A DNA stretch of 64,000 nucleotides. Source: Octopus vulgaris. Lineage: Eukaryota. This document shows, piece by piece, positions 51,673 to 64,000 of this stretch; positions within the stretch are counted from its first letter, which is position 1; each line of letters opens with the position of its first letter. The notes under the pieces are model-generated. The model made no database searches and was not told the DNA's origin. It saw only the letters and a list, made by a program, of their open reading frames with translations. The position numbers and the translations under genes were made by a program. The stretch spans positions 68,262,001-68,326,000 of the forward strand of contig OX597830.1 in NCBI GenBank assembly GCA_951406725.2, read 5' to 3'.

Positions 51673-52850
51673 GTATTGTATTGGCATCCTTTCTGTCTCG
51701 GGAGACAATGGTGTTGCGCATGAAGTAGTCTAGTCCGGCTTTTATATTTCATGTCCTGATACATTTCCTGCTGTGGCTGTGTAGTCCTATCCTGGACAAA
51801 CACTCCCTCTGGCAGGTACCGCAAATGTAGCGAAGACTGTTCCTGGCTGGTTGTATTGCCATAGTCTCTTGTTTACGTCTCTTCCTTTCTTTCCACTTCT
51901 CCTCTCTCTCTCTGTCACTCCTTTGTATTCCCTCTTTTACGGTACGTCGCCATTCTCCACGGTTGCCGGCAACTGCCTCCCAACCGCTAATATTGATGTT
52001 GCAGGTCTTCATGTCCCTTTTACAAACATCCTTGTAACGTAAGATCGGTCTACCCACAGACCTAGTACCCCTAGCAAGCTCTCCGTAGAGTATGTCCTTG
52101 GGGATTCTGCCATCTTTCATACGGCTAACATGCCCAAGCCATCTCATACGTCTTTGTGTGAGGAGTGCAAACATGCTTGGTATTCCTGCTTGCCTGAGGA
52201 CATCTTTGTTGGGGATATGATTCTACCATTTGATGCGGAGGATTTTTCGGAGGCAGCGCAGGTGAAATATGTTTAGGCGACGCTCTTGGCGTGTGTATAG
52301 CGTCCAGGTCTCACTTCCATACTGTAGAGTGCTGAGTACACATGCCTGGTAGATCTTCATTTTCGTGGTCTTGGTCAGCTTAGTGTTGTCCCAAGCCCGT
52401 TTGGAGAGTTGGGCCATCGCAGCAGCTGCCTTGCCAATACGTATATTGAGCTCAGCGTCAAGGGATAGATTGTAGGTGACGGTAGAGCCCAGATAGGTAA
52501 ACTTCTCCACCTCTTGTAATCTGTGGTCTCCAATATGTATGTTTGGGATGTCCGATGTAGCCTGGCCCATGATGTTGGTCTTCTTAAGGCTGATAGCTAA
52601 GCCAAAGTCGTTACATGCTTGCTCAAAACAGTTAATGAGCCTTTGGAGGGCTTCTGCTGTGTGTGTTACCAGAGCGGCATCATCAGAAAATAACATCTCC
52701 TTGATCAGGACGTTTCTGATGTTGGTCTTGGCACGCAGGCGCGAGAGATTGAACAGTTTCCCGTCACTTCTACTGTGCAGAAACACTCCATCATCTGATG
52801 TCTGAAAGGAATGTGAAAGTAAGAGCGAGAAGAAGATGCCAAACAATGTT
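51673..52850 (-). mobile_element. RTE/BovB LINE, 5'-truncated
   Basis: DGKLFNLSRLRAKT..EMLFSDD, FTYLGS, YGSETW, RMRWLGHVSRMKDGRIPK, C-terminal CxxC...H and an RTE-type 3' tail. Confidence 0.92.
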
Positions 52851-53179
52851 TCAAGACTCTGCAGTTTCAAGACTTTCAACGTTTCAAAATGCTCAAACTA
52901 TTTCGCAGGTTGTCCACCTTTTTTGGTAAGCTAAATATTCTTACATTTCTCTCCACACATTTCCAGTTTTGTTTTAAAATCAAACTCAATGGCAGTTTTA
53001 ATGTGTTCCATAATAATATTTAGTGATTGTGTATAAATAGGATGTTTTCTCTATAAAACGATTGTGTAGAAAACTAGCGCTACATGAAGAAACTTCACAA
53101 TCATTTCCAAGAGGATAAAATTGTTGGAAACCTGTAAGAAACCGCAAAAATATGGAATTTCTTTGGAAATTATTTCTTC

Positions 53180-53400
53180 TTTTATCTTTTACTTGTTTCA
53201 TTCATTCATTAGAGTGCGGCCATGCTGGAGCACCGCCTTAGAGAACCTTAGTCGAATTAATTTTCCCCAGTCCTTATTGTTTTATAAGCCTGGTACTTAT
53301 TGTATCGGTTCCTTAGTGTCGGACTGCAGTGTTACAGGCACATAAATATGCCAATACTGCTTGTCACATAGCGATGAGGGACAAACAGACACACACATGT
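53180..53400 (-). mobile_element. family 1 SINE 3' part
   Basis: TGCGGCCATGCTGGAGCACCGCCTT. Confidence 0.8.
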
Positions 53401-53419
53401 ATATATATATATATATAAT

Positions 53420-53760
53420 CATAATAATATTAAGTAGTATAACTCCAAACTTACAGGGAAAAATTCAATTTAGTATTAAATCAAAATTCACAATATAAAT
53501 ATATAAAATATAAAATTAGAGATAAAATCACTATTAAGCAACTCAAACTATGATAGACATAAACCAAAACATAAATAACAAATAGAATATATTTTTATAA
53601 AACATATAACTAGATCACAAAAAGTATAAATATGAATGATCAATATATAATAAGTAAAAAAAACTACGTTTCATGGCTATAATTAAATTCGAATTACAAT
53701 TAAATTTAAGTTTAATTGAAATTAATTCAATTTAAAATTATAATCAATCTTCAGGTTAAG
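53420..53760. mobile_element. Penelope-like TA-associated fragment with a long-stem-II hammerhead motif (53662-53757, minus strand)
   Basis: Terminus shared with 11775-11880; AAC-CTGAAGA-TTGATTATAATT...AATTATAGCCAT-GAAA-C-GTA-GTT. Confidence 0.5.
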
Positions 53761-54127
53761 AATAATTGTTAAATAAATAAGAAAATAGAGTTAAACAATA
53801 TTTATTTAAAAAATAAATAAAATAATAATTTTCTTATTAAAGAAACTCCATTAACTAAATTTGAAACTTAAAACATAAGTTATTATGTTAAATATTTAAG
53901 GTAAAAAAATAGAGTAAATAGATAGAAAAATGTATTTATATGTGGAGATATAATTTAGCTTTAAGAAAACATTAATAGACTATAGAATATCTTTAACCTA
54001 GTTATACTCCAACATTTAATTACTAAACTATTTAACAAAACAACCACTATTAATATTTTTATAATATAGTTTGCATATAATAATCATAAAATAATAAATA
54101 ATAAATACATAAAAATAAGTATATATA

Positions 54128-54933
54128 AACTATCCATATTTCTTTAGAAAAATCTGTCGGAGGCAAGCCATGAGACTCGAACTCACATCCCTGTGATTAC
54201 CATTAAGCTAAACTGCCCAGCGACGAATTCTTTTGCAATTTTAGGATGCATAAATCTAGCTTCAAAAGACTCTATCTTACGTATAATACAACATAAGTTG
54301 AAAGTCAATAAACAGAATATGGCTAATTTCTCCAGTTCATGCTATATTATTAGCATCACCATGCGTTTGAGAATAAATTTTTTTCTTCATCTGTATGATA
54401 GCGTCTTATAAAGCTAGATTTAAATATCCGAAAATTGCAGAAGAATTTGTCGCTGGGCAGTTTAGCTTGATGGTAAAGCACTTACAACGTAATCACAGGG
54501 TTTTGAGTTCGAGTCTCATAGCTGGCCCCTAACAGATTTTTCTACAAAATATGGATAGATTATCCTGTTCAAGCTATATTATTAGCATTATCCTGCGTTT
54601 GAGAATGAAATTATTTCTTTATCTATATCTTTTAATACGCTTCAAAAGCAAATCTTGTTTGTTGACTTTCAACGTAAGTTGAATTTATCGTATGATAGCA
54701 TCTTATAAAGCTAGATTTATGTATCCAAAAATTGCAGAAGAATTTGTCGCCAGGTAGTGTAGCTTAATGGTAAAGCACTTGTTGCATAATCACCGGGATG
54801 TGGTGAGTTCGAATCTCATGGCTGGTCGCCACCAGATTTTTCTACAAAATATGGATAGGTTATCCTGCTAATGCTATATTATTAGCATTATCCTACATTT
54901 GAGAATAAAATTATTTCCTTATCTCTATTTTTC
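54128..54933. repeat. ~297-bp repeat containing a tRNA-like segment (two direct units and one inverted, deleted unit)
   Basis: Units start at ~54393 and ~54690. tRNA-like segments at 54455-54528 and 54752-54828 have A/B boxes and a downstream T-run. Inverted copy at 54128-54315. Confidence 0.75.
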
Positions 54934-55660
54934 AATATTCTTAAGATTAAAAACTTGAAAAATTACAGGACAATGTATTACACTTGGAAAAGTTCAAGAC
55001 AACTTATCATATATGGTAAAGTGCATAAAAAAAATTTACTTAGAATATTGCAGCTAAGGATAAAATGCGAATACTAAAAATTATTTGATTTTGATTTACA
55101 AAGTAATATTATAACTAAAAAACAAAGGTACTATCATTTTGTTAAAATATTGATACACTTGAATACTGAGAAACAGAAGTCCCAATATAACTAAAGCTTT
55201 ATACAAAGTAGAATAGTATACATGGTAGGCAAATTTATTGTGTAAAAAATATAGGCATTGGGTCAAGACTAAAACTGGGAAGACTTGACAATAACTCAGG
55301 CAATAATTCAAGCAAATTTTACTGTGAATTTGTTGTTACAGGTAGCTTTTACTGCAATAGATAGCTAATTTTGTATTGTTCTATTTCTTGTACTAATTAT
55401 GTTCTACTATTATGTTTTATAACCTATTTTCAACTTTCTAATTATTAATTGATAATTAAAAAATTGAACATGTTTTAAAGTGCAAGAAATATTTTGAGCT
55501 ATTTTAAATTTTCAATATAAGTAACACGCACACTCAAGTAGAAGTAATAACTTATAATAAAATTTTTAGTTTTAATAAAAGGTAATATTTTTTAAATCCA
55601 AATATTTTCAAGTCCTGTAACTTGTCCTGTAATTTTCCAGGTTTATAATCTTAAGAATAT
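54934..55660. mobile_element. MITE-like element
   Basis: TIRs AATATTCTTAAGATTAAAAACTTGAAAAATTACAGGACAA / TTGTCCTGTAATTTTCCAGGTTTATAATCTTAAGAATATT. Confidence 0.6.
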
Positions 55661-55717
55661 TATTTCTCTTGCTCGCATTTTTCAATGTAAATATGCATAC
55701 ATTTATGTTTGTATGTG

Positions 55718-55769
<52 letters not shown>

Positions 55770-56167
55770 CGCATACATGTATTTAGGTGTGTATGTGTAT
55801 GTATGTCCGTCTATATGTATGTCCTTCTGTATGTATGCATGCGAGTATATATGTATTTATATATGTATGTATTCGTATGTATGTAAATCTCAATGTATGT
55901 ATGTATCCATGTATGTATGTATGTATGTATGTATGCATAATAATTCCATTCATATTTAGGGTTCTTTAAAGGAATACAAAACTGACTTTGAGGAAGAATG
56001 AAAGGCGAATCTAATTTGAGTGCGATATGAACTTAGGATGGTAAGCTTCATGACTAAATACCGGATGCGATTTTGTCTAACATTTTATTGATTCTTCAAA
56101 TTCTGGACTTAAATCGAACATTTTCCCCTCGAAATCATTAAACTGAAACACGATCGTTACAAGAGAA

Positions 56168-56239
56168 GGAAAATCCCTGCCAATTTGCATGTTAACAAGA
56201 CATTAGCCAATCGATTTATTTTTATATTCGTTTGACGTC
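56168..56239. promoter_or_regulatory. cluster of kappaB, octamer, CCAAT and CRE-like motifs
   Basis: GGAAAATCCC 56168-56177, ATTTGCAT 56183-56190, AGCCAATC 56205-56212 and TGACGTC 56233-56239. Motif matches only. Confidence 0.25.
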
Positions 56240-56851
56240 TAATGATTTCTAGCGTTGACTGAAAGACACGCATTTGTATGGACAGGTGTCAGAAAAAAAA
56301 ATGTTTCAAACACTGTAGTCACAGACAAGTTGTCAGATGGTTCAGTGACGAAAACCAATGAATAAGGTTTAGCAGATAACAAATGAATACAAACATGTTC
56401 ATACAGGCTACACTAAGAAATCAAAACTGTGAATACAGAATATGGTTTGAAATAATAAAACGTGTCCTTGAAAAGCAACAAAAGCAATAACGGAATCGAT
56501 ATAATGTTGATTTTTAACACCTGCCCTATCTGTGTAACTCTGTTGGTAACTTTGGGACCAAATCGGAATAATCCATTAGATGTACAAATTAAAACAAGAT
56601 TTAAATTATTCAAAAGGTAAAAGCAGGTATAAAGAAATTACAATGAAAAATGCGGACACAAGAAAGTTAATATTCTTAAGTCATTAAACCTGAAAAAGTA
56701 CAGAACAAGTTTTTTTTATATCTGGTAAAAGCGTGGGACAAGCATATTTATAATTAAAATATTGCAGCTAAAGTTAAAATTTTAAAATATTTAGATTTTA
56801 AAAGACTGAAAGTAATAGCTTTTATTAGCTATTCTATAATTAAAAAACTAG

Positions 56852-57342
56852 ATCACAGTTTAAGCTATCTTTTCATTTAGAGCACAGTTTAAGCTATCTT
56901 TTCGCGGAAGAAGGTTTATGTTCCTATAACCTGTGTTAATTCTGTAACCCTTTAAAATGGAAGATAAGAAAGTTCATTTTCGACACTTGATGCTTTGGGA
57001 ACCAGACAAAAATTGCTGCAGCTCGGCTGGGATGTGTTACCCCACCCTCCATATTCACCAGATATTGCTCCTTCGGATTTCCACTTATTCAGGTCTCTGC
57101 AGTATAGTCTTGATGGTAAAAATTTCAATTCCTTGGATGACGTAAAAAAGATACCTTAATGAATTCTTTGCTATGAAACCACCTCAATTCTGGGAAGAGG
57201 GTACTTTCAAGTTAAAGGAAAGATGGAGACGCATTGTGGAACAAAATGGTTCATATTTGGTTGATTAAAAATGTAATGGCAAGTATTTATTAACCTTTTT
57301 CTTTCTTTTAAAAATCGGCATGAACTTTCCGGACAACCCAAT
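56852..57342 (+). mobile_element. internally deleted mariner transposon
   Basis: MEDKKVHFRHLMLW joined to TRQKLLQLGWDVLPHPPYSPDIAPSDFHLFRSL. The right TIR ends GACAACCCAATA; no left TIR found. Confidence 0.9.
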
Positions 57343-58027
57343 AGTTACATATTACATTCATGCTAGAAACAATGAAGTTTTAAAATGGTTTGAATAATTA
57401 AAAAGATTTTCTTTGGTACAATGGCAGAACATCTGTCATGATAACAGGAGATGAAGGTTTGAGTCCCATGAGCCACCGTCAATATTTTCTATCGACAAGG
57501 ATTTTAAACTAATATTTAGAGGCTATTATTTATAGCTTTATCTGCTTCGAGACCCACCCTTCCTAAAAAAGAATTATATTTTTGTTTATTCAAGACGTAT
57601 TCCACTACAGTATGAAATGATATGAGTAGTTTCATGGGAAAGCTCAGTATCAGCGCTTCGTTTTGATAGCCGTTTATAGTAAACTTATATAGTACCCCTA
57701 CAAATAGGGTAAATGTATCTATTACTCCATTGATTGGATAAATGGTGAATAACTTTAACCCTCTAGCATTCAGATTACTTATTTAATACTTATTTATTCA
57801 TATTTCAGAATGGTTTAAATTCAGGATATACAAGATCCAAATTTTGAATGAAGTGCAAAAGTTCGTATTACCATAACAAATGCTTCTGCAGGTTACAGAG
57901 AAATTTATAGAGAGTGAAAAAAAGCTTCTTAGAAGCAAACAACTCTATATTTGGTTTTTAAACAGAAATCTACAAGTCCGTCTACGAGTGCTTGTGAATC
58001 GGCGAACGGGTCTACAAGTGATGGTGT

Positions 58028-60657
58028 GCGCGAGTCTAGTGCGAGTAAAAGTGATTCAGAAAACGATTATAATAATATTTCTTTTATTACAAATGATCTT
58101 GACATTCTTTTCACTTTACATAAAATATTCTTTACATTTACGGAGATGTATTTGCATAGCAAGTGACTTGATCTGAGATCGTGTGCTAAAACAAAAAAAA
58201 ACAATTGCAGCATGGAAGATATTTGTAAGCCATCCAAGAACACACAAAAACCGTTAATTTAATTTTCATTCGTGTCAAAATATTTTCTTCGTCTTGAAAA
58301 CCACGACCTGTTTGTTCACTGACAAAACTTGGTGCTTATTGCCATTTCTTTACGAGTATTATATATTTTATAGATAAAATATTTTTCTGGGAACGAATTA
58401 CGGTTTATAACATTGCTACTATGGAAAATTATTGCTCTGCTTTACGAGTTTTTGTTTTAGGAGCCGTTTCCAAGTACAAATTAACTCGTATATCGAGGCC
58501 TTACTATATTTAAAAACTATTCTTTGCATAATTTTGTAGAAAAAGCAATTAAAGGGAAACAACTCGTCAACTTGTTCCTGCTCTTAAGAGATTCGCAATA
58601 TTAATTTTTGGCTTCGTTCTAACAATTCTTCAACTTTCTTTATATGTGTTTGGTTAGTGGAGACAAAATTAAATTTCTTTACACCAATCAAGTCGGGAAA
58701 ATTTAGAAAAAAAAAAAAAAGAAAAGAGAAATTAAGAATTATGAGGGAAAATAACACGCTTAATAATAATAATAATAATAATATATTCCTAATATTCGTT
58801 TCAAATTTTAGCACAAGGCCAATAATTTATGAGTGAATAAGTCGAATACATCGACCTCAGTACATGACTGGTACCTATTTTATCGACCCTGAAAGGAATA
58901 AAAGGCAAAGTCGACCTTGGCGAAATTTGAACTCAGAACGTAAAAACGAACGAAATGCCGCTAAGCATTTCGTCCGGCGTGCTAACGATTTTGTTAGCTC
59001 GTCCGTTTTTAAATATACGCCAGACAAAATCATTAACAGTATTTCGTCTGTCTTTATGTTCCGAGTTCAAATTCCACCGAGGTCGACTTTGCTTTTCATC
59101 CCTTCGGGGTCGCTAAAATAAGTACCAGTTGAGTACTGGAGTCAGTGTAATAGACTTAACTACTCCATCGAAATGCTGGCCTTGTGCGAAAAATCTGAAA
59201 CCAAAATTTATATATTTAAAGGCGGCAAGTAGGTAAAATCGTTATGGCGCCGAGGAAAATGCTTAGCGACATTTCTTCCGACTTTGCGTTCTGAGTTCAA
59301 AGACCGTCGTGGTCGGCTTTGCCTTTCATCCTTTCGGGGTCGATAAAATAAACACGAGTTGAACTGTTGTCGATGTAACTGGCCTTGTTACAAAATTTGA
59401 AGCCAATATATATATTCTTGCTGGCGAATAGTTTTGCGAACATATTCCACGGTCCTTCGTAAAATTATGAATGATTCATTAAAGCGAGTCTCTGTCTCGT
59501 TTCTTCGTTGTCGACTCCGCTGATATCTGAGAGCGCGAGTCTAGTGCGAGTAAAAGTGATTCAGAAAACGATTATAATAATATTTCTTTTATTACAAATG
59601 ATCTCGACATTCTTTTCACTTTACATAAAATATTCTTTACATTTACGGAGATGTATTTGCATAGCAAGTGACTTGATCTGAGATCGTGTGCTTAAACAAA
59701 AAAAACAAAAACAATTGCAGCATGGAAGATATTTGTAAGCCATCCAAGAACACACAAAAACCGTTAATTTAATTTTCATTCGTGTCAAAATATTTTCTTC
59801 GTCTTGAAAACCACGACCTGTTTGTTCACTGACAAAACTTGGTGCTTATTGCCATTTCTTTACGAGTATTATATATTTTATAGATGAAATATTTTTCTGG
59901 GAACGAATTACGGTTTATAACATTGCTACTATGGAAAATTATTGCTCTGCTTTAAGAGTTTTTGTTTTAGGAGCCGTTTCCGAGTACAAATTAACTCGTA
60001 TATCGAGGCCTTACTATATTTAAAAATTATTCTTTGCATAATTTTGTAGGAAAAGCAATTAAAGGGAAACAACTCTTGTCAACCTGTTCCTGCTCTTAAG
60101 AGATTCGCAATATTAATTTTTGGCTTCGTTCTAACAATTCTTCAACTTTCTTTAGATGTGTTTGGTTAGTGGAGACAAAATTAAATTTCTTTACACCAAT
60201 CAAGTCGGGAAAATTTAGAAAAAAAAAAGAAAAAAGAGAAATTAAGAATTACATGCTTAATAATAATAATAACAATAATAATATATTCTTAATATTCGTT
60301 TCAAATTTTAGCACAAGGCCAATAATTTATGATGAGTGAATAAGTCGAATACATCGACGTCAGTACGTGACTGGTACCTATTTTATCGACCCTGAAAGGA
60401 ATAAAAGGCAAAGTCGACCTTGGCGAAATTTGAACTCAGAACGTAAAAACGAACGAAATGCCGCTAAGCATTTCGTCCGGCGTGCTAACGATTTTGTTAG
60501 CTCACCCGCATTTAAATATACGCCAGACAAAATCATTAACAGTATTTCGTCTGTCTTTATGTTCCGAGTTCAAATTCCACCGGGGTCGACTTTGCTTTTC
60601 ATCCCTTCGGGGTCGCTAAAATAAGTACCAGTTGAGTACTGGAGTCAGTGTAATAGA
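58028..60657. repeat. ~1.13-kb direct duplication (58028-59154 / 59533-60657) containing family 2 SINEs
   Basis: Near-identical blocks 1505 bp apart; identical-length ORFs at 58864 and 60367. Confidence 0.95.
58795..59405. mobile_element. cluster of three family 2 SINEs (minus, plus, plus)
   Basis: GAGTTCAAATTCC / GTCGACTTTGC / AAGTACCAGT motifs. Confidence 0.8.
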
Positions 60658-61159
60658 AAACTAATAAGAAGAGTACAGTAGGCGGTGGAAAAAGCCAGCT
60701 TCTATATATGGCTGAAGCGGGAAGACCGAAAATGGCTTGAAAGTCATAACATGCCGGCAGGAAATAACATCACTAGGTGAGACAAGCTGACACTGATTCA
60801 GCTTCGCTGAATGACAGGTGACGGTCGTTTAGAGAATGCGCGGGCTAAAACTACGCGCCTTCACTAGTCAGTTAAGGTGAGACAGTATCACGTGACAACT
60901 TGCTGGGGCTGCAAGCTGGAGACTGGCGTCAGGTATTTAAAGGGAAAAATTTGACAAGTTCGTCAGTCACCGGCTGGCACTCGCTGACGATACATCGAAG
61001 AGGCCAGGAAACAAAAGAAAGAAGACACATCCGAAAGGGGCCGGGCCCCTCCACGTCTAAACAGTAGAGAGTAGGGGCCGAAACCGGACGTGGTTCCTCC
61101 TGATGATGTCTTGAGCTAACTGGATCCTATAAAGGAGCTGTTGTGGTAGCAGACAACGA

Positions 61160-61625
61160 AACACGGTTGTAATTCCCCCCACAAACACACACTTCCCACA
61201 AAATGTACACACGCACCAACACACATAGCATACACCCCTTCAAAATATATACACACACCAACTCACATAGCACCCCCCCAAATAATATACACACAGACCA
61301 ACTCACATAGAACACACTCCCACATAATACACACACACACGCAAACAATATAGAAACACAGCAACACACATACCATAATCACCTCCACAAAATATAAACA
61401 TTAACCAACAAACAGAGCATACACACTCACATAATATGCACACACAACGGACGCACATAGCATACACACACACAAACTGTACACGCATACCAATACACAT
61501 AACAAACATACACACCTAAAACACATACACACCAACAAACAGAGCATATAATCTCATATAATATGCACACATAGCACCCCCACCCATACACAATATGCAC
61601 ACAGACCAACATACATTCATACAGC
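61160..61625. repeat. CA-rich low-complexity tract
   Basis: Seen directly. Confidence 0.85.
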
Positions 61626-61630
61626 CCCTC

Positions 61631-62740
61631 ATGATATGATGGAAGTCTGTTGGAGTTTGACAGTGACATCAGTGACGCCAGAGGTGAGAGCGGAACCCAA
61701 AGGCGGACGCGCAGACGTGGCCACATGTTGGGCAGGTAACAGCAGAAGTAGGATTGGAGATCCTCTCTTTTCGGGCTTGTCGCTTCTGGTCCAGGCTCTT
61801 CAGGCGCTTTTCCTCGAACAGCCTAACACCCTTTTGGACAGCTGGACGCCAGGTGCTGCGGTCAGAGGCAAGCGATTCTTAGCCACGAGCTGAAATGCCG
61901 CAGGCCTCAAGGGAAGTTTTCACACTGTCCTTGTATCGCCCCAGTGGCCTTCCAGGGTTTCTTACTCCAGAAGCCAGCTCAGAGAAGAAGATCATCTTTG
62001 GTAGATGCGCGTCGTCCATTCGGACTACATGTCCGACCCACCGGAGTTGGGCCTTCATGATGAGGGCTTCGATCCTGGGCATTTAGGCTCTGCGAAGCAC
62101 CTCAGTGTTGGAGACTCTGTCCTCCCAGGAAATTCACATGATTCGTCGCAAGCAGCAGAGATGGAACTAGTCAAGTACTCGCATTTGCCTCCTATACAGC
62201 ATCCATGTCCCACAGCCGTAGAGCAGAGAGGTGATGACGACTGCCGTATAGACTGCCAGCTTGATGGAAAGTCTAATGTTTCGTTCGGCCCACACACATG
62301 TCCAAAGTCTGCCAAACGAAGCTCCTGCCTTTGCAAGCCTCATGGAGACATATTTGTCCATGCTGCAGCTTGAGGACAGACAGCTTCCCAGGTATGTAAA
62401 GCTCTCCACGTTGTTCAGGGTTGTGCCTTCAATCTAATCTGAGACTCAGGAGGTGTCATGCCAGGTGCAGGCTGAAGCATCATTTCAGTGTTTCGCAGGC
62501 TAATGGTCAGTCCGAAGGCTTTTGCTGCTTCTGCGAGACAAGTGTCAAGTTCTTGCAGCAGGTCTGGTTCATTCAATGCTGCAAGCGCACAATCGTCTGC
62601 AAACAGGAAGTCTCTCACTACGGCGCCCAGGACTTTGGTTTTTGCCTTCAGACGTCTGAGGTCAAAGAATCGGCCGTCACATCTGTAGCGAATAGTGACA
62701 CCAGCATCAGACTTTGATAGGGCGCGGAAGAGCATGGCTC
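61631..62740 (-). mobile_element. RTE/BovB LINE 3' half (frameshifted)
   Basis: DGRFFDLRRLKAKTKV..DFLFADDCAL, FTYLGS and AQLRWVGHVVRM; tail GACTTCCATCATATCAT. Confidence 0.92.
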
Positions 62741-62744
62741 TCGA

Positions 62745-64000
62745 GTGCTACAGGCACCATGTAGCCCAGTACCACACGTTCCATGGTCGGGTCGTCGGCG
62801 ACTAAACTGCCAACTCCACCAGGCTTGCTTGGTAAGGTCGGTGCTTGTTGAACACCCTATGGGACAAAAAAGTAAGACCTGTAAGAGAGTGGAGGTACTA
62901 CGACGTAGTCAACGGCCATTCAACTATATGTGTTTGTGGGGTGTTTGTGTGTTGAATTTTGGACTCCCTGTGTGTATGTATTGTATATACTGAGTTCTTT
63001 TTTGTTTAAATTGTATATATCGTTTAGGCAGTGGGCAGATCCTTCTGGTCCTGTACGGGTAGTGTGACGTTCCCGCTCTCCAAGAGTCTCCTGCTGCCTT
63101 GCGGGTAGGTTTTTTTGGTTAATCAAAGGCTAGGGAGTAAACCGTATCCAAAGCCAGAGTGGAGCCCATAAGGCAGTTAGGTAATGAAGTCCATCATCTC
63201 CAGCAGCGCCTGCAGTCCAGTCGTGGCTAGGATGTATCATCCTGCGTCCCGCCTGGCTAGATCAGCTGGACCGAGAGGGGGGTGGGGTGGGCTTGCGCAA
63301 CCCAAGGCCTCCACAGTTCCCTTGCCCAGGATTCAGTGACTCCACCCCTCTACTTCTTCTTCTTTCAAGTCCTGAGGGGATGGGCGCGTGGTGGTGGTGG
63401 CAGGTGCAGGATAGCGCTGGGAGCTGCTAGCCATGTACCTACACTCGGGTTGTCGTTCTGCAACCTACTGGGGCAAGGGCATAGTTCGGCAGCCACTCTG
63501 ACGACGGAGGAGCCCTCTTCAGGGATATCACTGCTCGCCCCCTTAGGGGGAAGAGTCTAGAAAAGGTGACCTAAAGAAAGCTTGCCTCATCTCATCCTGC
63601 CAGCATACCGCCGCTAACTGGTCATATACCACTCGGTCGAAACATGAAAGAAATACGAAAGATGAATCCAGAATCTTCCCGCCCGAAAAGTACTTTATGT
63701 GTTGGAGCCTGGAGCATCAGGACACACATGGACAACCAAAACTGTGACAGACCAGAACGTCGAACAGCACTTGTGGGTTGTGAACTGCAGAGATACAGCA
63801 TTGATATTGCTGACCTCAGCGAAACACGCCTCGCCGTCACGGGGGAGATCACCGAGGCTGGGGCTAGATACACTTTCTTTTGGTTAAGGAAGGCAGCGGA
63901 TGAACGCAGGGAAGTAGGAGTTGGCTTTTCCATTCGCACCGCCCTCGTCAAGAACATGGAATCCCTCTCAAGAGGAATCAGCGATCGCCTGATGGTGATG
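62745..64000 (+). mobile_element. RTE/BovB LINE 5' region (probable 5' UTR and APE start)
   Basis: GC-richer leader followed by an endonuclease ORF. The 5' boundary is uncertain. Confidence 0.7.
63644..64000 (+). CDS. RTE ORF N-terminus (APE endonuclease), running off the window
   Basis: 119 open codons: GAWSIRT..DRPERRTALVGCELQRYSIDIADLSETR...YTFFW...GVGFSIR...ISDRLM. Confidence 0.88.
   Translation, partial: MKEIRKMNPESSRPKSTLCVGAWSIRTHMDNQNCDRPERRTALVGCELQRYSIDIADLSETRLAVTGEITEAGARYTFFWLRKAADERREVGVGFSIRTALVKNMESLSRGISDRLMVM

Noticed and set aside
61050-61115. Hammerhead near CCACGT...GAAACCGG-ACGTGG / CTGATGA
   Set aside because: The core boxes are not in a valid arrangement: CTAAACA replaces CTGANGA and there is no NUH triplet. 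At best a dead remnant.

Overview
Repeat-dense animal genomic DNA, not prokaryotic. It is AT-rich with very long (TA)n/(TACA)n microsatellites. The tRNA-derived SINE types resemble those I associate with octopus or other coleoid cephalopods, which is an inference and not a database result. Most of the window is transposon material: two CR1/L2-group LINEs (one near full length with an unusual Myb/SANT-like + CCCH ORF1), RTE/BovB, R4/Dong-type and Tx1/L1 remnants, Penelope-like fragments with type I hammerhead ribozyme motifs that often sit in inverted repeats, SINEs, MITEs and an internally deleted mariner. No intact host gene is evident from the ORF track. Comparing three paralogous blocks (about 18.1-20.3, 28.8-32.0 and 38.3-39.5 kb) reveals phase-compatible minus-strand exons of a decaying, locally duplicated gene of unknown family. 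Two back-to-back near-perfect palindromes (45.8-47.7 kb), a tRNA-like tandem repeat and a 1.1-kb tandem duplication are also present. Boundaries of degenerate elements are approximate and were read by eye.
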